DNA of 64,000 bases from Yuukianura sp. NJ FZ-2021 (lineage: Eukaryota): NCBI GenBank assembly GCA_046563655.1, contig CM102288.1, forward strand, positions 2,790,001 to 2,854,000, in the 5' to 3' direction. Position numbers and translations under genes: made by a program. The number at the start of each line of letters is the position of its first letter. Position 1 is the stretch's first letter. The notes beneath the pieces were generated by a model. The model was not told the origin of the DNA. It searched no databases and saw nothing but the letters and a program-made list of their open reading frames with translations. Positions 23,501 to 38,477 of the stretch are shown here, one piece after another.

Positions 23501-24933
23501 AATATAAAGAATTTGACAAGACTTGAAGACTTCAATTTTTTTTAGCCTTGTCAATTCCTATTTCGACAGGAATTAATTTTTGGAAGGATTCAATTACTTT
23601 TTCTCCTGTCAGATGAAAGTTAAGCTCCAGGAGGATCATTCTCTAAACAGGAATTCAAAACAAAATCTGTTTTTTAAAAAATTCAAAAAAAGTTTTTCTA
23701 AACAGGAAAATGTTGATAGATGAGTGACATCTGAGGCTTACTGCAGAACCAAGAACCGTAGTCTCTGTCATCGTCAGTCTACAACGGAAGCGTAACCAGC
23801 CAGGGACCCAGCAGTAGCTCCTCTGTTTAGAACAAACCTTGTTCTAAAAATTCTAAAAACGGAAAGTGAGGGCGTCTAGCGGATGAGCATGATTCATTCA
23901 AAATCCTTCTTGAGGGGAGTCAAATTCAACACTTTTGTTTTTGTCCCAATGCCAAAACGCCTTTGCACTTTTAAAAAACGAAACCACCCTGTAGAGTCTT
24001 ACTTAATTTCCTTCCAATCCCACCCACGCCTTGGAAAAAACAAAGGGAAATCAAGAATGAAGTCATGTCCAAATTGTACCTTAACCTCATTGTATTAGAG
24101 TCAAGAGTGACCTGACGTAAGTCCAAGTTTGGTCAAGGTGTGGCATGACCTGTGACCTCTACTCTCACTTTTCAGAAAGAGTTCAAAATTTTGAAAAAAA
24201 AAGTTTACCTGTTCGATCAAATGGAATCAATTGGCAAGTGTCACTGGTTTCGCAGCTACAGCGAAACACTGCTCCACCTTTCCTTACGCCGGGTTGCCTG
24301 GCGTCACCCTCTGGAGCTCCTACTAAAATCCTGTGCAAATTAAATTCCAGTTTTTTTTAGAAATTCATCATCAGTTCATTTTTTTGAAAAATCGGTTTTG
24401 AAAAACGGAAATGTAGCAGTGTTTAGACTTTGAACTCAATTGGAACCTACTAGGATCAAGGGCTTGTCAAAGGCAAGTTAATTGTCGTTAAGCCGGAAAT
24501 TAATTCTAAGAATTGAAGAAAATTAACAGAATAAAAATTTTACTTCGAACTTTGGATTCTATGTTTTCAGACTGTCAATGGCAATTTAATTGTCGTTAAG
24601 CCGCAAATTATGTTTAAGAATTGCCTAAAATTAGCAAAGAATCAAACATTTTTTGGAACTTTGGATTCCTGTTGTTAAATTCTTGGGAACTGCGCAACGT
24701 CAAACTAATTTAACACCAAACAGCGCAGCATCCAGTACCGTCACTCACCAAGAAACATTTGCATCTCGATGTTGAGCCACTGAGAATCCAAACAAGGATC
24801 CGGATGGACCACGGTGGGAGACCACAGTAGTCGTATCCACATTAAAACCACTTACACCACTTAACAGTCCATTTAAAACTACAATTAAATTAACTAAATT
24901 AACTAAACTTTCCACTCCAACTTTCACCTCCAT
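8586..24933 (-). CDS. if: Integrin alpha subunit, PS2/inflated-like (RGD-binding clade), 21 coding exons
   Basis: Signal peptide then FNVD N-terminus, FG-GAP repeats (FGFSVA, ILVGAP, WFGATV, YLGYSV, IVIGAP), Ca-binding loops [18 protein letters not shown] and [22 protein letters not shown] genu, furin site RHRR, transmembrane [23 protein letters not shown] and a CGFFKR tail. Approximate exons: 24749-24933, 24209-24330, 21655-21749, 18135-18255, 17940-18001, 17827-17875, 17565-17642, 17039-17214, 16434-16664, 15999-16101, 15785-15882, 15388-15524, 14546-14711, 14182-14331, 12165-12304, 12012-12069, 11278-11870, 9756-10768, 9365-9526, 8745-8976, 8586-8669. Confidence 0.93.
18438..19292. mobile_element. 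Non-autonomous hAT-type DNA transposon (855 bp) in an integrin intron
   Basis: Perfect 18-bp TIR TAGGGCTGTCAAGTCCGG…CCGGACTTGACAGCCCTA. Perfect 8-bp TSD CCTACAAC at 18430-18437 and 19293-19300. Arrays of subterminal AGTCCG/CGGACT motifs at both ends. Confidence 0.93.
24466..24668. repeat. Diverged tandem duplication (~108-bp period, 2 copies) in integrin coding intron 1
   Basis: GTCAA(A/T)GGCAA(G/T)TTAATTGTCGTTAAGCCG…TAAGAATTG…GAACTTTGGATTC occurs at ~24466-24560 and ~24574-24668. Confidence 0.8.
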
Positions 24934-26984
24934 TGCACTTTCTCCCGCCTCTGTTCAAACCGGCACTTTCACTTTTTTCTAAGATCTCGTCATGCCATGG
25001 TCATTTCAAGTCCTCCAAAGCAAGACTAAGCTTCTAAAAGTTAAAAGAAAAGTTTAGTTCAAATTTTGTATAGGTTTATGATCAAATTGCAATTCAATAT
25101 TTTGGTTTCGAATATTTTGGCCGAATTTTTAGTAAACAAAAAATGAGTAAAAACTAAGAGCTAAAAGTTAGGGAATGGAAGTTGTTTAGTGAATAATGGC
25201 CCAGTGAGAACTGAAAAGTGAAGCGGTAGTGCTTAGGAGGTTCAGACTTACTTCAGGAAGAAGAAGACGAAAAAAAAAGAGTAGAATGAAGAGAGCCGTA
25301 CGTTGTTTTCGCCTACACGCATTTAGAAATAGAAGAAGACTTTGGAAGAGAGTTAGGCTAAAAGCAAAGGAAAACCTCAAACATTTTAACTTGAATCTTC
25401 ACAACCTAACTCCAAAGTGAACGTTCCTTTTACTTTTGGACTCTTTTTGGCCATATCCAAAAAAATGATGGTGAAAATGTTGCTGGATAGACAAGGGCTT
25501 GATTGCTTTTCTTAATGGATATAAACCCAATTTCCGACTGAACTGCTTTGTAGTTGGGGAAAGGTGTGGGTGGGTTGGGTTTTTTAATGCAAAAGAGAAC
25601 CAAAATTTTGGCAGGTTTGAGGTCATGCTGAGATATACAACTCGGGGCAAAAAAAAGTTTTCTGGGCTCCACCCAAACGCAACGGAAAGAGGTCAAGTCA
25701 AATATTGGCAAAGGATCAGCAGCAGACAGAGAAAGCAACAATACCGTAAATGTTCTTTTAGAAAACTGGGAAGAAATTGAAACTTGTGACTAAAAGTTTA
25801 GAAATTCAAAATTTTTAAAACTTTACAAGGATTTATAAATAGAGTTATAAAAATGTTAGCGTTTGAAAACAAAAAATTGAGTAATTTGAACTAAACAAGC
25901 AACACTTGTGAACACGAAAAGTGAAAGTATTGCAACTACAGTCGTAAAAAAACTAAAATCAAGACACATGAATATTCATGAACCTAAGTTCTATAAAAAC
26001 TTAATTTTGAAATGAATTTTTCATTTTTTCAATTTACTTTCACCAAAGCCGTTTTGCTTTCGTAATCACTTTTCGCTTTTCATGTAAATTCATATTTATT
26101 AGTAAAAACTTAATTGAAAAACAAGACCCAATCTTGTGACTAATGAAAAACAAGAAGCCAAATTTCGCACTTTTGAGATGTGCCAAATTTTTACCTTTGT
26201 GTTTTTCGGTGGCTTTGCAATTTCGTTGGCCGTATCTCGACGACGCCAGTACGGCAGCGGATAAAATCAAAAGAAACAAGTACGACAAGCAAAAGTTTCC
26301 AAAATCAACAAAGTTTTTACAATGTTGGGAGACTGCGAATCAGTTTTTGGCAAAGTTGCGTAATAAGTGTGCAATTTGTGAGTGGGAGACACAAGAAGAG
26401 GTTAATGGAAGGTGACTTAATGAACCCAAATGACTTGTTGCGTCTGTCCAAGTTTGGTTTTTATTAGTCTGCTTAATATGTATAAATGTATGCTGGCACT
26501 CCACTACTTAACAGTAAGTATGAAAGGTCATTTGGTCAACAATCAGTTTAACAATGAGTCATTCATCATCAAGTACAGTACTAAAAAAACTTCTGGGCTT
26601 GGCTTTTCTTTTCTTTACTTTTGCAAATTAATCGCAAATGTGCACAACGATTGGACAATTTTGCTCCGTAATTTCTGTTTGTCGTACTACACAAGTGATT
26701 GCATTATAAAACCTAGCTTTTGAACTGATTTCCAATTTTCAAAATATCAAGTTGCAAAAACAATTCAAAGGGAATCAAAATCAAGAACTTCTTCGAAATC
26801 TCTTTTTCAAAAAATGCTGAATTTTGGAAATGGAAATTACTTTTTTTTTTTTTTTTTTTTAGAAATTACTTTAGTTCTGGTTAGTTGACTGGACTAAAAG
26901 CACATTTGAACTCTCCATCTCTCAAAACTCTTCTTGTGCAAATCTTGATTCTGTTCTTAACAAAATTCATGTCCTCGTTCTCCT

Positions 26985-27675
26985 CAGTGTATTCCTTACC
27001 CCCTCCCCACTGGGGACGGGGATGGGGATTATTGGGGTTATACCCAGGCTCGGAGGTGGGGATATTGGGGGTGATGGGGATTTCGTTTTTTTTAATCAAA
27101 ATTGATGTGTTTTTTTGTTCGTTTTTCGGTACAATAACACTTAAATAATTAAAATCTAAGTGCAGTGTTGAATATTATGTTATATATAATAAATAGAAGA
27201 GTGATTACATTTATATAATAATATTTTGTATTACATTATAATGTTATACTTATTATAATTAAATTATATAATTAATATAACTATATAATTATAATTTATT
27301 ATAATTATATTGTTATAAATGTCGTTGTATTTATAGCATGACATTTTATAAAGTTTATAACGTGACAATATAATATGATACATATAATATTATAATGTAA
27401 TGTAATTAATTAATAATTAATATATCATATAAAATATTCAACACTTCACTTAAGTTAAAGTTTAATACGGAAGGATAAAGAACAAAGAACAAAACAAGAT
27501 GGAGTAAGGGAATGTACGGGGAGGAGCTACACTGAATTCAGGCTTTGCGCAGACGCTGCGCATGCGCTTTACAATACCTCCTCAGAGCCCCGATTTTCCC
27601 CAAATCCCCGGGGATTTGGGGATAACCCCATTTCCCCGGGGAAAGCATCAAATCCCCGGGGAAAAGCATACACTG
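26985..27675. mobile_element. Non-autonomous hAT-type DNA transposon (691 bp)
   Basis: Imperfect TIR CAGTGTATTCCTT…AAAGCATACACTG. Perfect 8-bp TSD GTTCTCCT at 26977-26984 and 27676-27683. GGGGAT/ATCCCC/CCCCGGGG subterminal arrays. Confidence 0.88.
27158..27452. mobile_element. AT-rich inverted-repeat element nested inside the hAT element
   Basis: TAAGTGCAGTGTTGAATATT at the left and AATATTCAACACTTCACTTA at the right (19/20 reverse-complement match), enclosing an extremely A+T-rich core. Confidence 0.6.
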
Positions 27676-29887
27676 GTTCTCCTTTGCTTGTTTTCTTAAA
27701 ACAGAATTACAAATTTATTTGTAAATTGCAAAAACATAAATAAACCAAAACTTTCAGGAACGTTAGCTGTTAAAAGCTCTGCTGGGAATTTTCTTTCATG
27801 CACTCTGCACCCATAAAAAAAAACTTGCAAAGAAATCAAAATGCTTAAAGGAAAGTCCTTTTAAAGCCAAATTTGGTTTCAACTTGTTTTGGTCTCCTTG
27901 AACGCTAAGGTTAGGTAGCCTTGTCCCTTTGCAAATATTTGGCAAGCATAAATACACTTTCCGTTTTTTTGCAGATGCATCATCGTATCTTCTAAAATGC
28001 CAATCCGTCATTTCATTACCTCTAAAAAATTTCTTATGACTAATTACAAGTCCAAACTGAGAAGATCAAGCCAAGAAGTCTTTTTGGCATTGAAATGACT
28101 CGTAATAATACAAAACAGCCCTTCCACATCCTACGCAAGCACAAATCACCCGGCAGCACCCATCCACCCCATCTTCATACTGTCACTTTTGCTAAGGTTG
28201 TCCATTCTGGCTTCTAAAATTTCACGAAACCCTGAAAATTTTTAGTTTGGTGTACCGGAATTTGGAATTTCGAAGAAATTTACGGAAGTAATGCCATTTC
28301 TAAAGTTTTTTTTTCAAGATTTTTTTTTGCTAAAAGTTGACATCCCCCGCATTTTCACGGCATTGCGTACTATGCGAACGGATCTCAAAGAATTTTCGTC
28401 ATCCTGCAGCATCCCTTGTACAGATCACCCTCCTTTCATTCTTAACCAACATCTCTCCCTTGTGCATCTTCTGACGTCAGATGCAGACCACATGGGAATC
28501 AAATCCGGAAATATGACATTGTCCGAATCTCAATTCCACAAAATCCACAACGTCAGACGTCAGGAAGTGACAAAAGTTCCATTTTCGTAAAATTTTGAGT
28601 CATGAATGAGGTCAAAATGGGCTAAAATTGTATCAAAAACGATGTCTTCTCAAAGATTATCATTGAAAAATCTCTCCTGTGGACCATTTGAATTGGGATC
28701 ATCCTACATCAGAAGATGAAGCAAAAAAAAGTAGTGTTGAGGAACACGTAATTTTCAATCTTGTTTGTGCAATGCCGGTCTCTCCATCTCCGCCTGCTCA
28801 AATCTCCAATAAATTTTAGACTTGAACGTTATGAGCTGTCTCTTTTTATGTCTTCAATTTTTTTTGGAAATTCAAAAAAAAAAAAACGAAAAAAAAATCT
28901 ACAGTCTGCACCAGTTGGATAGTAAAAATTAAAAAGAAAGTCACACGAAAATGTTTAGCAACTCGCAGAAGTTAATTTTTTTTTACTAAATTTTGGTTCT
29001 AATTTGTCTTAAATTGAAGTAATTTTCATTCCAAATTCTGAAAATGAAAACGTGACTGTTCATAAATTGGTTTTGGCTTAAGCTAAAACTCCGAGATTTG
29101 CAAATTTGACAATTTTGCGTAGGTGTGCATTCAATGAGGCTTTTCAAAATGAAATTCAAAGAAGGAGTTTCAGAAGCCGCATCAAAACGGAAAGTGATTC
29201 CGAGAAGGTTAAAATCATAAATGAAACGATGATGTGCTTGTGAGATGCTTGATGCTTGTGATGTAAAATTATACCGAGGGATTGGTTTTCATGGTTCAAA
29301 TTAATTGGTTACGCCCTTAGCCGTGATTGCATTTTTGATTCTTATCCCTCCACAAAATTATGACTCTATTTTATAAGCCATCAGGAACAACGAATTGCAG
29401 CGACAATCAAAAAATAATAGGCTTTTCCTATTATTTTTTGAAAATTTCTGCTCAAACCTGGAATTACATAATTCATAAAAATTTAGATAAAAACTGCAAC
29501 TTCATTCATCACCGTGTCAAAAATTTTTCGGTGAATCATAAATTCTACAACTTTTTAATTCAAGAACAACAACCTTGCACAAGGTACTTTCACTCTCATA
29601 TCATGATTTCTATGAGGATTTTAATTTTTGTTAAACTAAATTTTAGTAAGTGACTAAATTTCGTTGAGATGCTACTTTGGTTCAGAACAAAAAATGGGAG
29701 GGACAAAATTTTAAGTTTTTCATAATTTTCAGTTCATGGGATTGAAAAAAAATTTCATTTTTCAGACTAACCAACTCAACTTTTCACTTTTTTCTGCCAA
29801 AAAAAAAAAACTTGAAACAAGATTTCATCAACTTTCTTTTGACGCAAGGACTCAAAAAACTAACAAAATTCTGATGCCTCTTGCTCA

Positions 29888-32800
29888 TCACTTTTTGAGA
29901 AACGCAGAATCGAACAGTTCCAGTTCATTCATTAAATAGTTGGCCTTGTTTCTCAGGACTTTGGAACTTGCCGAAATTTCATCCAATTTTTGTATCTCCG
30001 CTTCTAGAGTTTTCATATCCATTTCCATTTCACAGGCAGATGAGTCAACCAAATGACAAAGACGAGCAAAAGTTGACGACAATTCTCTAGAATAGAAAAA
30101 AAAACACAAAAATAAGACTTAAAAAAACGAATAAGAGAATAACAGCATTTCGATCTTTGATTAAAACTGGAGGAGACAAGAGAGCGTCGTCTCCAAAAAC
30201 TTTCTTTTTCAATTTCCACATCATTTCACTTTCTCCCAAAGAAAAAATTCAAATCATCCCATTTTCAACTTTTCACTTTCTCTCCAGCTCGTAACGCTTT
30301 CACCAGTACAAAAAGCTTCCAGCTTTCCCTAAATTAGAAAATTGTCATTTTGTTTTCCAATGTTCTCCAGGGCGGGATCATGTCGAAGGTCAAATGCCAC
30401 TTTCAGCTCTCAACAAACCTGTCGCAGAAAAGTTTTCAGTTTCCGGAATGGTATGACAAGTACTAGAAAGTAGCTGGAGAGAAAGGAAATTCCGGTTGCC
30501 ACAAAAAGACAAAGAGACTTTGAACAATTTCAAAATGTTGAAATGTGATGGAAAAGGTTGAGGATCAAACGACGTCCGCTGTCGGAGTTTCTCTTTTCCT
30601 CTAATTGTAAATTGTGGTTAATTTACATTATGTTCTCAAACTTTCAATTTCATTTGAAAGGAGAGAACTGGAAGCGTAACCACATGAGAACGGCACATTT
30701 TTGAAATGAAATGGCATGGCCTGGAGAAACGGAGATCAAAGCCAGGATAACGAGCTCTTGCTATTGCTATTGCTTTGCCTCCATAACAATTTACACACAC
30801 TTACTGCTGAACTTGATGGCTGCAATTAGCACTTGTGAGGTCGACGATGAGTCGCAATTTCCTTGTCGCATGCTCTACGTACTGTCGTTTGAATTCACGC
30901 TCTTTGGCTCTATTGGTCCAAGTCAGGCGTTCGTACAAATAAAGTGCACCGTAGATCAGACCTGTGAATCCAATCACTCTCCAGCCAACAGTTTTGAGAA
31001 GCTGGAATTCAAATGTAAAAACAAACCATTAATTTAAACAACTAACACTAAAATCAACTCCAATTAAACTGTCAACTCCATTCGTGTTCATGTTTATTAA
31101 AATGATATGAATTTTACCATTCCTGCCACGAGTAAACCGCCCATGGTTCCTTGACTGGTGACAGAAGCAACAGCGACTCTGGATATAATGGTCCAATCAA
31201 TGCCATCATCCGACTGGGGAGTCATTGGATTTGAAACTGCAGCAGGAATCTACAACATAAAATAAAACACTGTTACAATTTTAATTTGAACCAAATCTCA
31301 CAAAAGTTCAAAATTCACAAAACAGCAAATAAATGGAAACAATTTGGCAGCAACGAAAGAAAGAAATAAGCAAAACAAGCAAAAACTAACGGAAACGGGT
31401 TCCATTGCCTGGACCGCGGCCAGTGAGCTTGCGCTTCCAGCGGTTTGCCCCAAACAACGATTGATGAAGGCCGTGAAACCAAATGAAAACTTGAATCCAA
31501 TGTCCTCCTTGAAGTCAGCACAGAGATTGTCACAGTTGAGCCGATACAGGACTTCGAATGGTTCACGCCGTGGGTAAAGGTTCAAGAGTCGTTTATCCGC
31601 TGGTAGTAAATTGGACATTCTCTCTACAAAAAAAAAGTCAATTAGATTCTTTTCGGTTTGAAAAATGATCCTGCCCTGGTTGTTTGACACTGTCGTCACT
31701 CACCCGTCATTTCCTTTTGACTATTTTCAATATTGAGGGCAAGGGCTGTTGAGAGTCTTGCTCTAAGGTTTGACCCGAGACCTCGTTCGACGTAACTGTG
31801 GAGCTCCTTCTTGTAGGCATTGACCACAATTTGATCCGAATGGAACGGAGCTGAAAACTCATCAACTAACACCCCGAGTCTCCGTATTTCTTCACTCAGA
31901 GCCTTACTAATCTTCCCTTCCACATCATCCACCATTTGTCGGATCTTCTCCTTCATTTCGCTTGTCAAGAGACTGAGCTGCTTGTCCGTGAAATCAATTT
32001 TATCCCACAGTTCCTTCCGACTCATGATCTTCTCCTCTCGAAGTTCAGTGGCTCGAGCTTGGATCTTCTCTAATACTTGGCGTGTCTCAGCTGCAATATG
32101 CTTTCCACGATGTGAGTGCTGTTCAAACTTTGTCTTCACTGCAGACTTGCTAATGCACTCTTCAAATTTTCTTTCAAAGTCTTGAAACTCAAAATACCGG
32201 CCTGAAAATCCATCCGCCATGGCTCCACCTTTAAATGTTCAGAATAAACATACATGAGAATGGATCCATCAAAAACCTCAACTGGATAAACAATCGATGA
32301 AAAGGTTTACTTTGATATTGAAAATCCTGTGCAAATGGACTTACTGGTGACTGGAAGCCCTTTCGCTTCTTGCAGGCGAGCGTTGAGTGCCTCTTTGGCA
32401 GAAACGAAAAATATGCGTTCAGCGACCTCGTCACGAGTGTTGACCTTGAGTTCTTTGACCAAGAAATCACTCGTGCGCTCCTGATGTTGAGCCCGAACCT
32501 TAACAATTAAGAAATAATCGTTAGGATAACTCTATGGCTTAAAATTTATAGTGAGAAAGCAGCCAGAGCAAGAATTTTCGCTGTGAAGCTTTTTCATAAT
32601 GGAGCTATCAACATTCACCTGTGCGATTTCAACTGGCTGCGTCCAAATAGTGAACAATTACAATAAACTTCTTAATTAATTCGATATTCCTAATTTATAA
32701 ATACCTGCTCCAGAAACTCAGGCTCAGAAGCAGAAGCATCCCAACGATTGTTCAATATAAAGATGTTGGGTTTAGACAGTCGAGCAGAAACTTTGTGGAA

Positions 32801-33917
32801 GAAATTCTTTTCCTGTAAATTATTAGTTCAAACTAATTAGTTTTTGATGATAAATGTCGCTCTTCGAGGTCAATAAACCAATGAATCAGAAACTTACAGC
32901 AGTCATGAGGGTGGATTCAGCATTTGCCACTAGTACAAACACGTCTGCGTCAAGACAATGCTGGTCAATCCATTGATCAAGGTTCGGTGACACATCAATT
33001 CCTGGTGAATCTACGAAAACCACGTCGTCACGAAGTAATGGACATTTTTCTCTTGGCCAGTAGATTCGGACTAGTTCGGATTCGGTGAGCTTCTCGCCAC
33101 AAAGGGCATGGGCCAGTTGTCCAACCGATTTGACATTCTGCTTACCCGGCACATTGGGGATCGTCAAGTAGGGTTCCTCACCATGATGCTCAGTACCTGG
33201 AAAACAAAAGAACAGTCAGTCACGCCTTAAATTAGTAATTGAGTACTTAAATCTAAATATGTCGCAGGATTTAATCAACTTTGGCGACATATTTGCATTA
33301 AAGTTGTTCTGCAAATGAAAGGTCCCAATGGAATTCTGGAAACCGTACTATGGCCTCCAAAAAGAATGCGATTATCAATCATCGGTATTTCTTTACCTTC
33401 AACTTGTAGAAAACAGCTCGTTGTGTGGCCAATTCCGCTCGGTAAGATTTTATCGTGAAGCATAGCATTGATTACAGTTGACTTTCCATTACTAGTCCGT
33501 CCGAAGAAGACCACTTTCATGTGATCCCGAGCCAGTACTTCGCGAATACCTTTGACCTTTCCAGCATGTTTGTTGACCTCGTCCGTCTGGTCTGGTTTCA
33601 AGATTGGATACTCCGGGGAGATTCCTAAGGTAAACGTCCAAGTTGCAAACTTTGTATGACTAAAAATCTTACGATTAATACTATCAATTGTGAACTGTCA
33701 ACTTACCAACTACAAAGGTACATGTTTCATTGATATAGTCCTCAATCTCTAGGAAAATGTCGTTGATTGACTTCTTGGCTTGGACGAAGATCTGCAAAGG
33801 GGAAGAAGTAGACGAGGAATCATTTTTATGCGAACTTCCGTTTCGGGAGCCAATGCCCGGTGAATGATCTCCAGAACCGTCCATTTTCATTGATAAAGAA
33901 CGTATGTACGCAGACAT
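29888..33917 (-). CDS. Marf: Mitofusin / transmembrane GTPase Marf
   Basis: [15 protein letters not shown]-terminus, P-loop [11 protein letters not shown]3 VDSPG, G4 [34 protein letters not shown], transmembrane region …VGWRVI…YLYERLTWT, and C-terminal HR2 [10 protein letters not shown]…LRNKA. Approximate exons: 33708-33917, 33396-33624, 32898-33197, 32705-32812, 32345-32498, 31704-32229, 31391-31623, 31118-31250, 30805-31001, 29888-30086. Confidence 0.96.
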
Positions 33918-34807
33918 TTCTTAAGTTTCTAAGCCCAACGTCAAACTCAGGTCACCTCTCCTCTTTTTAGATATTCTACCGGCAATATGGATACCACGAA
34001 AAGAAGCACTTGTCACAGGCAATCCTGCAAATCAAAACAAACATCAAAATTAATCAAAGCTTTTAGGAGTAGGACAACTGTAAACAAGCAACAAATGAAA
34101 TGGTGCTTGCTTATGCAAAGTGTTGTACCGTAAAAGCAAACAAGCAGTGATACTCGCAAATTGCGAGTCGCAATTCCGAACTAAAGGTATATACGATCAA
34201 AGTCAACTAACCAGTAAACCGTTACCTGATTCTCATTAGGACAATTCGATCCTGACATTTAGATGAGAGATGAATCGATGAGCAAGATTTATGGGAAGAG
34301 AAGAGCCTACGCCCACACAATTAAACTCCTTACGAACGAACAATTAAGTTACTCGAACTGTCAAATTACTGATGAAGATACAAATTAGAAAGGATATTGA
34401 AAACTTTTACTAAACTAAACGTGTTAATTAGTTAACCACGCACTTCGCAATTTTATTTTGGTGTTTTATTTCAGGGGATTCAAGTCCATGGACTGGCTCC
34501 AAAAATCTTGAAATTGAAAGTAGGCCGTCGTGCGCAAGATTCGGAAGATGACCTTGGCATTTGGGCTACGTTATACTAATCAAAAGATAACTTTTGCAAA
34601 TTATCACGTGAATTACACAAACTTTGAAAATTAAGACAAGTACTACACTCTGGAGTCATTTGCAAACGCTACAAAACCAATTAAGACGAGCCTTTCGGTT
34701 TCGGCGATATTTTCAACAAACGCAGGTGAATTTTTCATTTTTCGAAATGATGTAACTATTCTAAAATATTTCTTCAATTTTGATTGTTTTTCAGTAGTAA
34801 ATTGTCC

Positions 34808-35140
34808 ATGCTCCAAGGTGTCATCCGTACAATGGCCAGCGCTGCAACCGCTAACTCTACCAAATACTGGATGTTGTTCTACAAATATGTTCCGAATGTA
34901 GTCGAAGCCCGAGCGCCGTTTCGTCCAGCCCATCTCCAATTTGTGTCAAAGTTCAAAGAAAATGGAACAGTCATTTTAGGTGGAGCGTTTGCCGATCCCG
35001 TGGATGGAGCCGCCATAGTTTTTAAGGGAGTCGACAGGCAAACGGTAGAAGATTTCGTCAAACAAGATCCATACGTCGTTAACAAAATCGTCACTGAGCA
35101 CAGCATCCGGGAATGGACCGTTGTTGTTTCTGGACCATGA
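34808..35140 (+). CDS. YciI-family (YCII-related, dimeric alpha-beta barrel) protein, 110 aa, intronless CDS
   Basis: MLFYKYV…RAPFRPAHL…VILGGAFADPVDGAAIVF…FVKQDPYVVNKIV…IREWTVVV matches the YciI pattern (R-x-x-H-L, G…GA, DPY, W). A 69-nt GT-AG intron (34726-34794) lies in the 5' UTR, and AATAAA is at ~35268. Confidence 0.88.
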   Translation: MLQGVIRTMASAATANSTKYWMLFYKYVPNVVEARAPFRPAHLQFVSKFKENGTVILGGAFADPVDGAAIVFKGVDRQTVEDFVKQDPYVVNKIVTEHSIREWTVVVSGP

Positions 35141-35394
35141 GTGACCTTTGACCTTTGTGAACTTGAGTAGTCATAATACAAAACTTGTCATTTGTTATTC
35201 GATTTAACGATTAAAAAGGCTATTTTTATAATTTTGACATTATTAGACGACTTGAGTTTTAGCACATAATAAAAAGTTCAAATATATAAGGGATCTAACG
35301 ATCTGTGCACTTCAGCGATCAGCGATACACTTCAGTTCCCAGCAGCGGTTTCGCAATTGGCGACACTTGAACGAGAGAGCATTCCTTCTAAGAT

Positions 35395-38477
<3,083 letters not shown>

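Noticed and set aside
34389..34397. ATATCCTTT on the minus strand, a perfect U12 AT-AC donor consensus
   Set aside because: It falls in the presumed Marf 5' leader with no matching U12 branch site or AC acceptor. A normal AG|GTAAC donor exists at ~34225.
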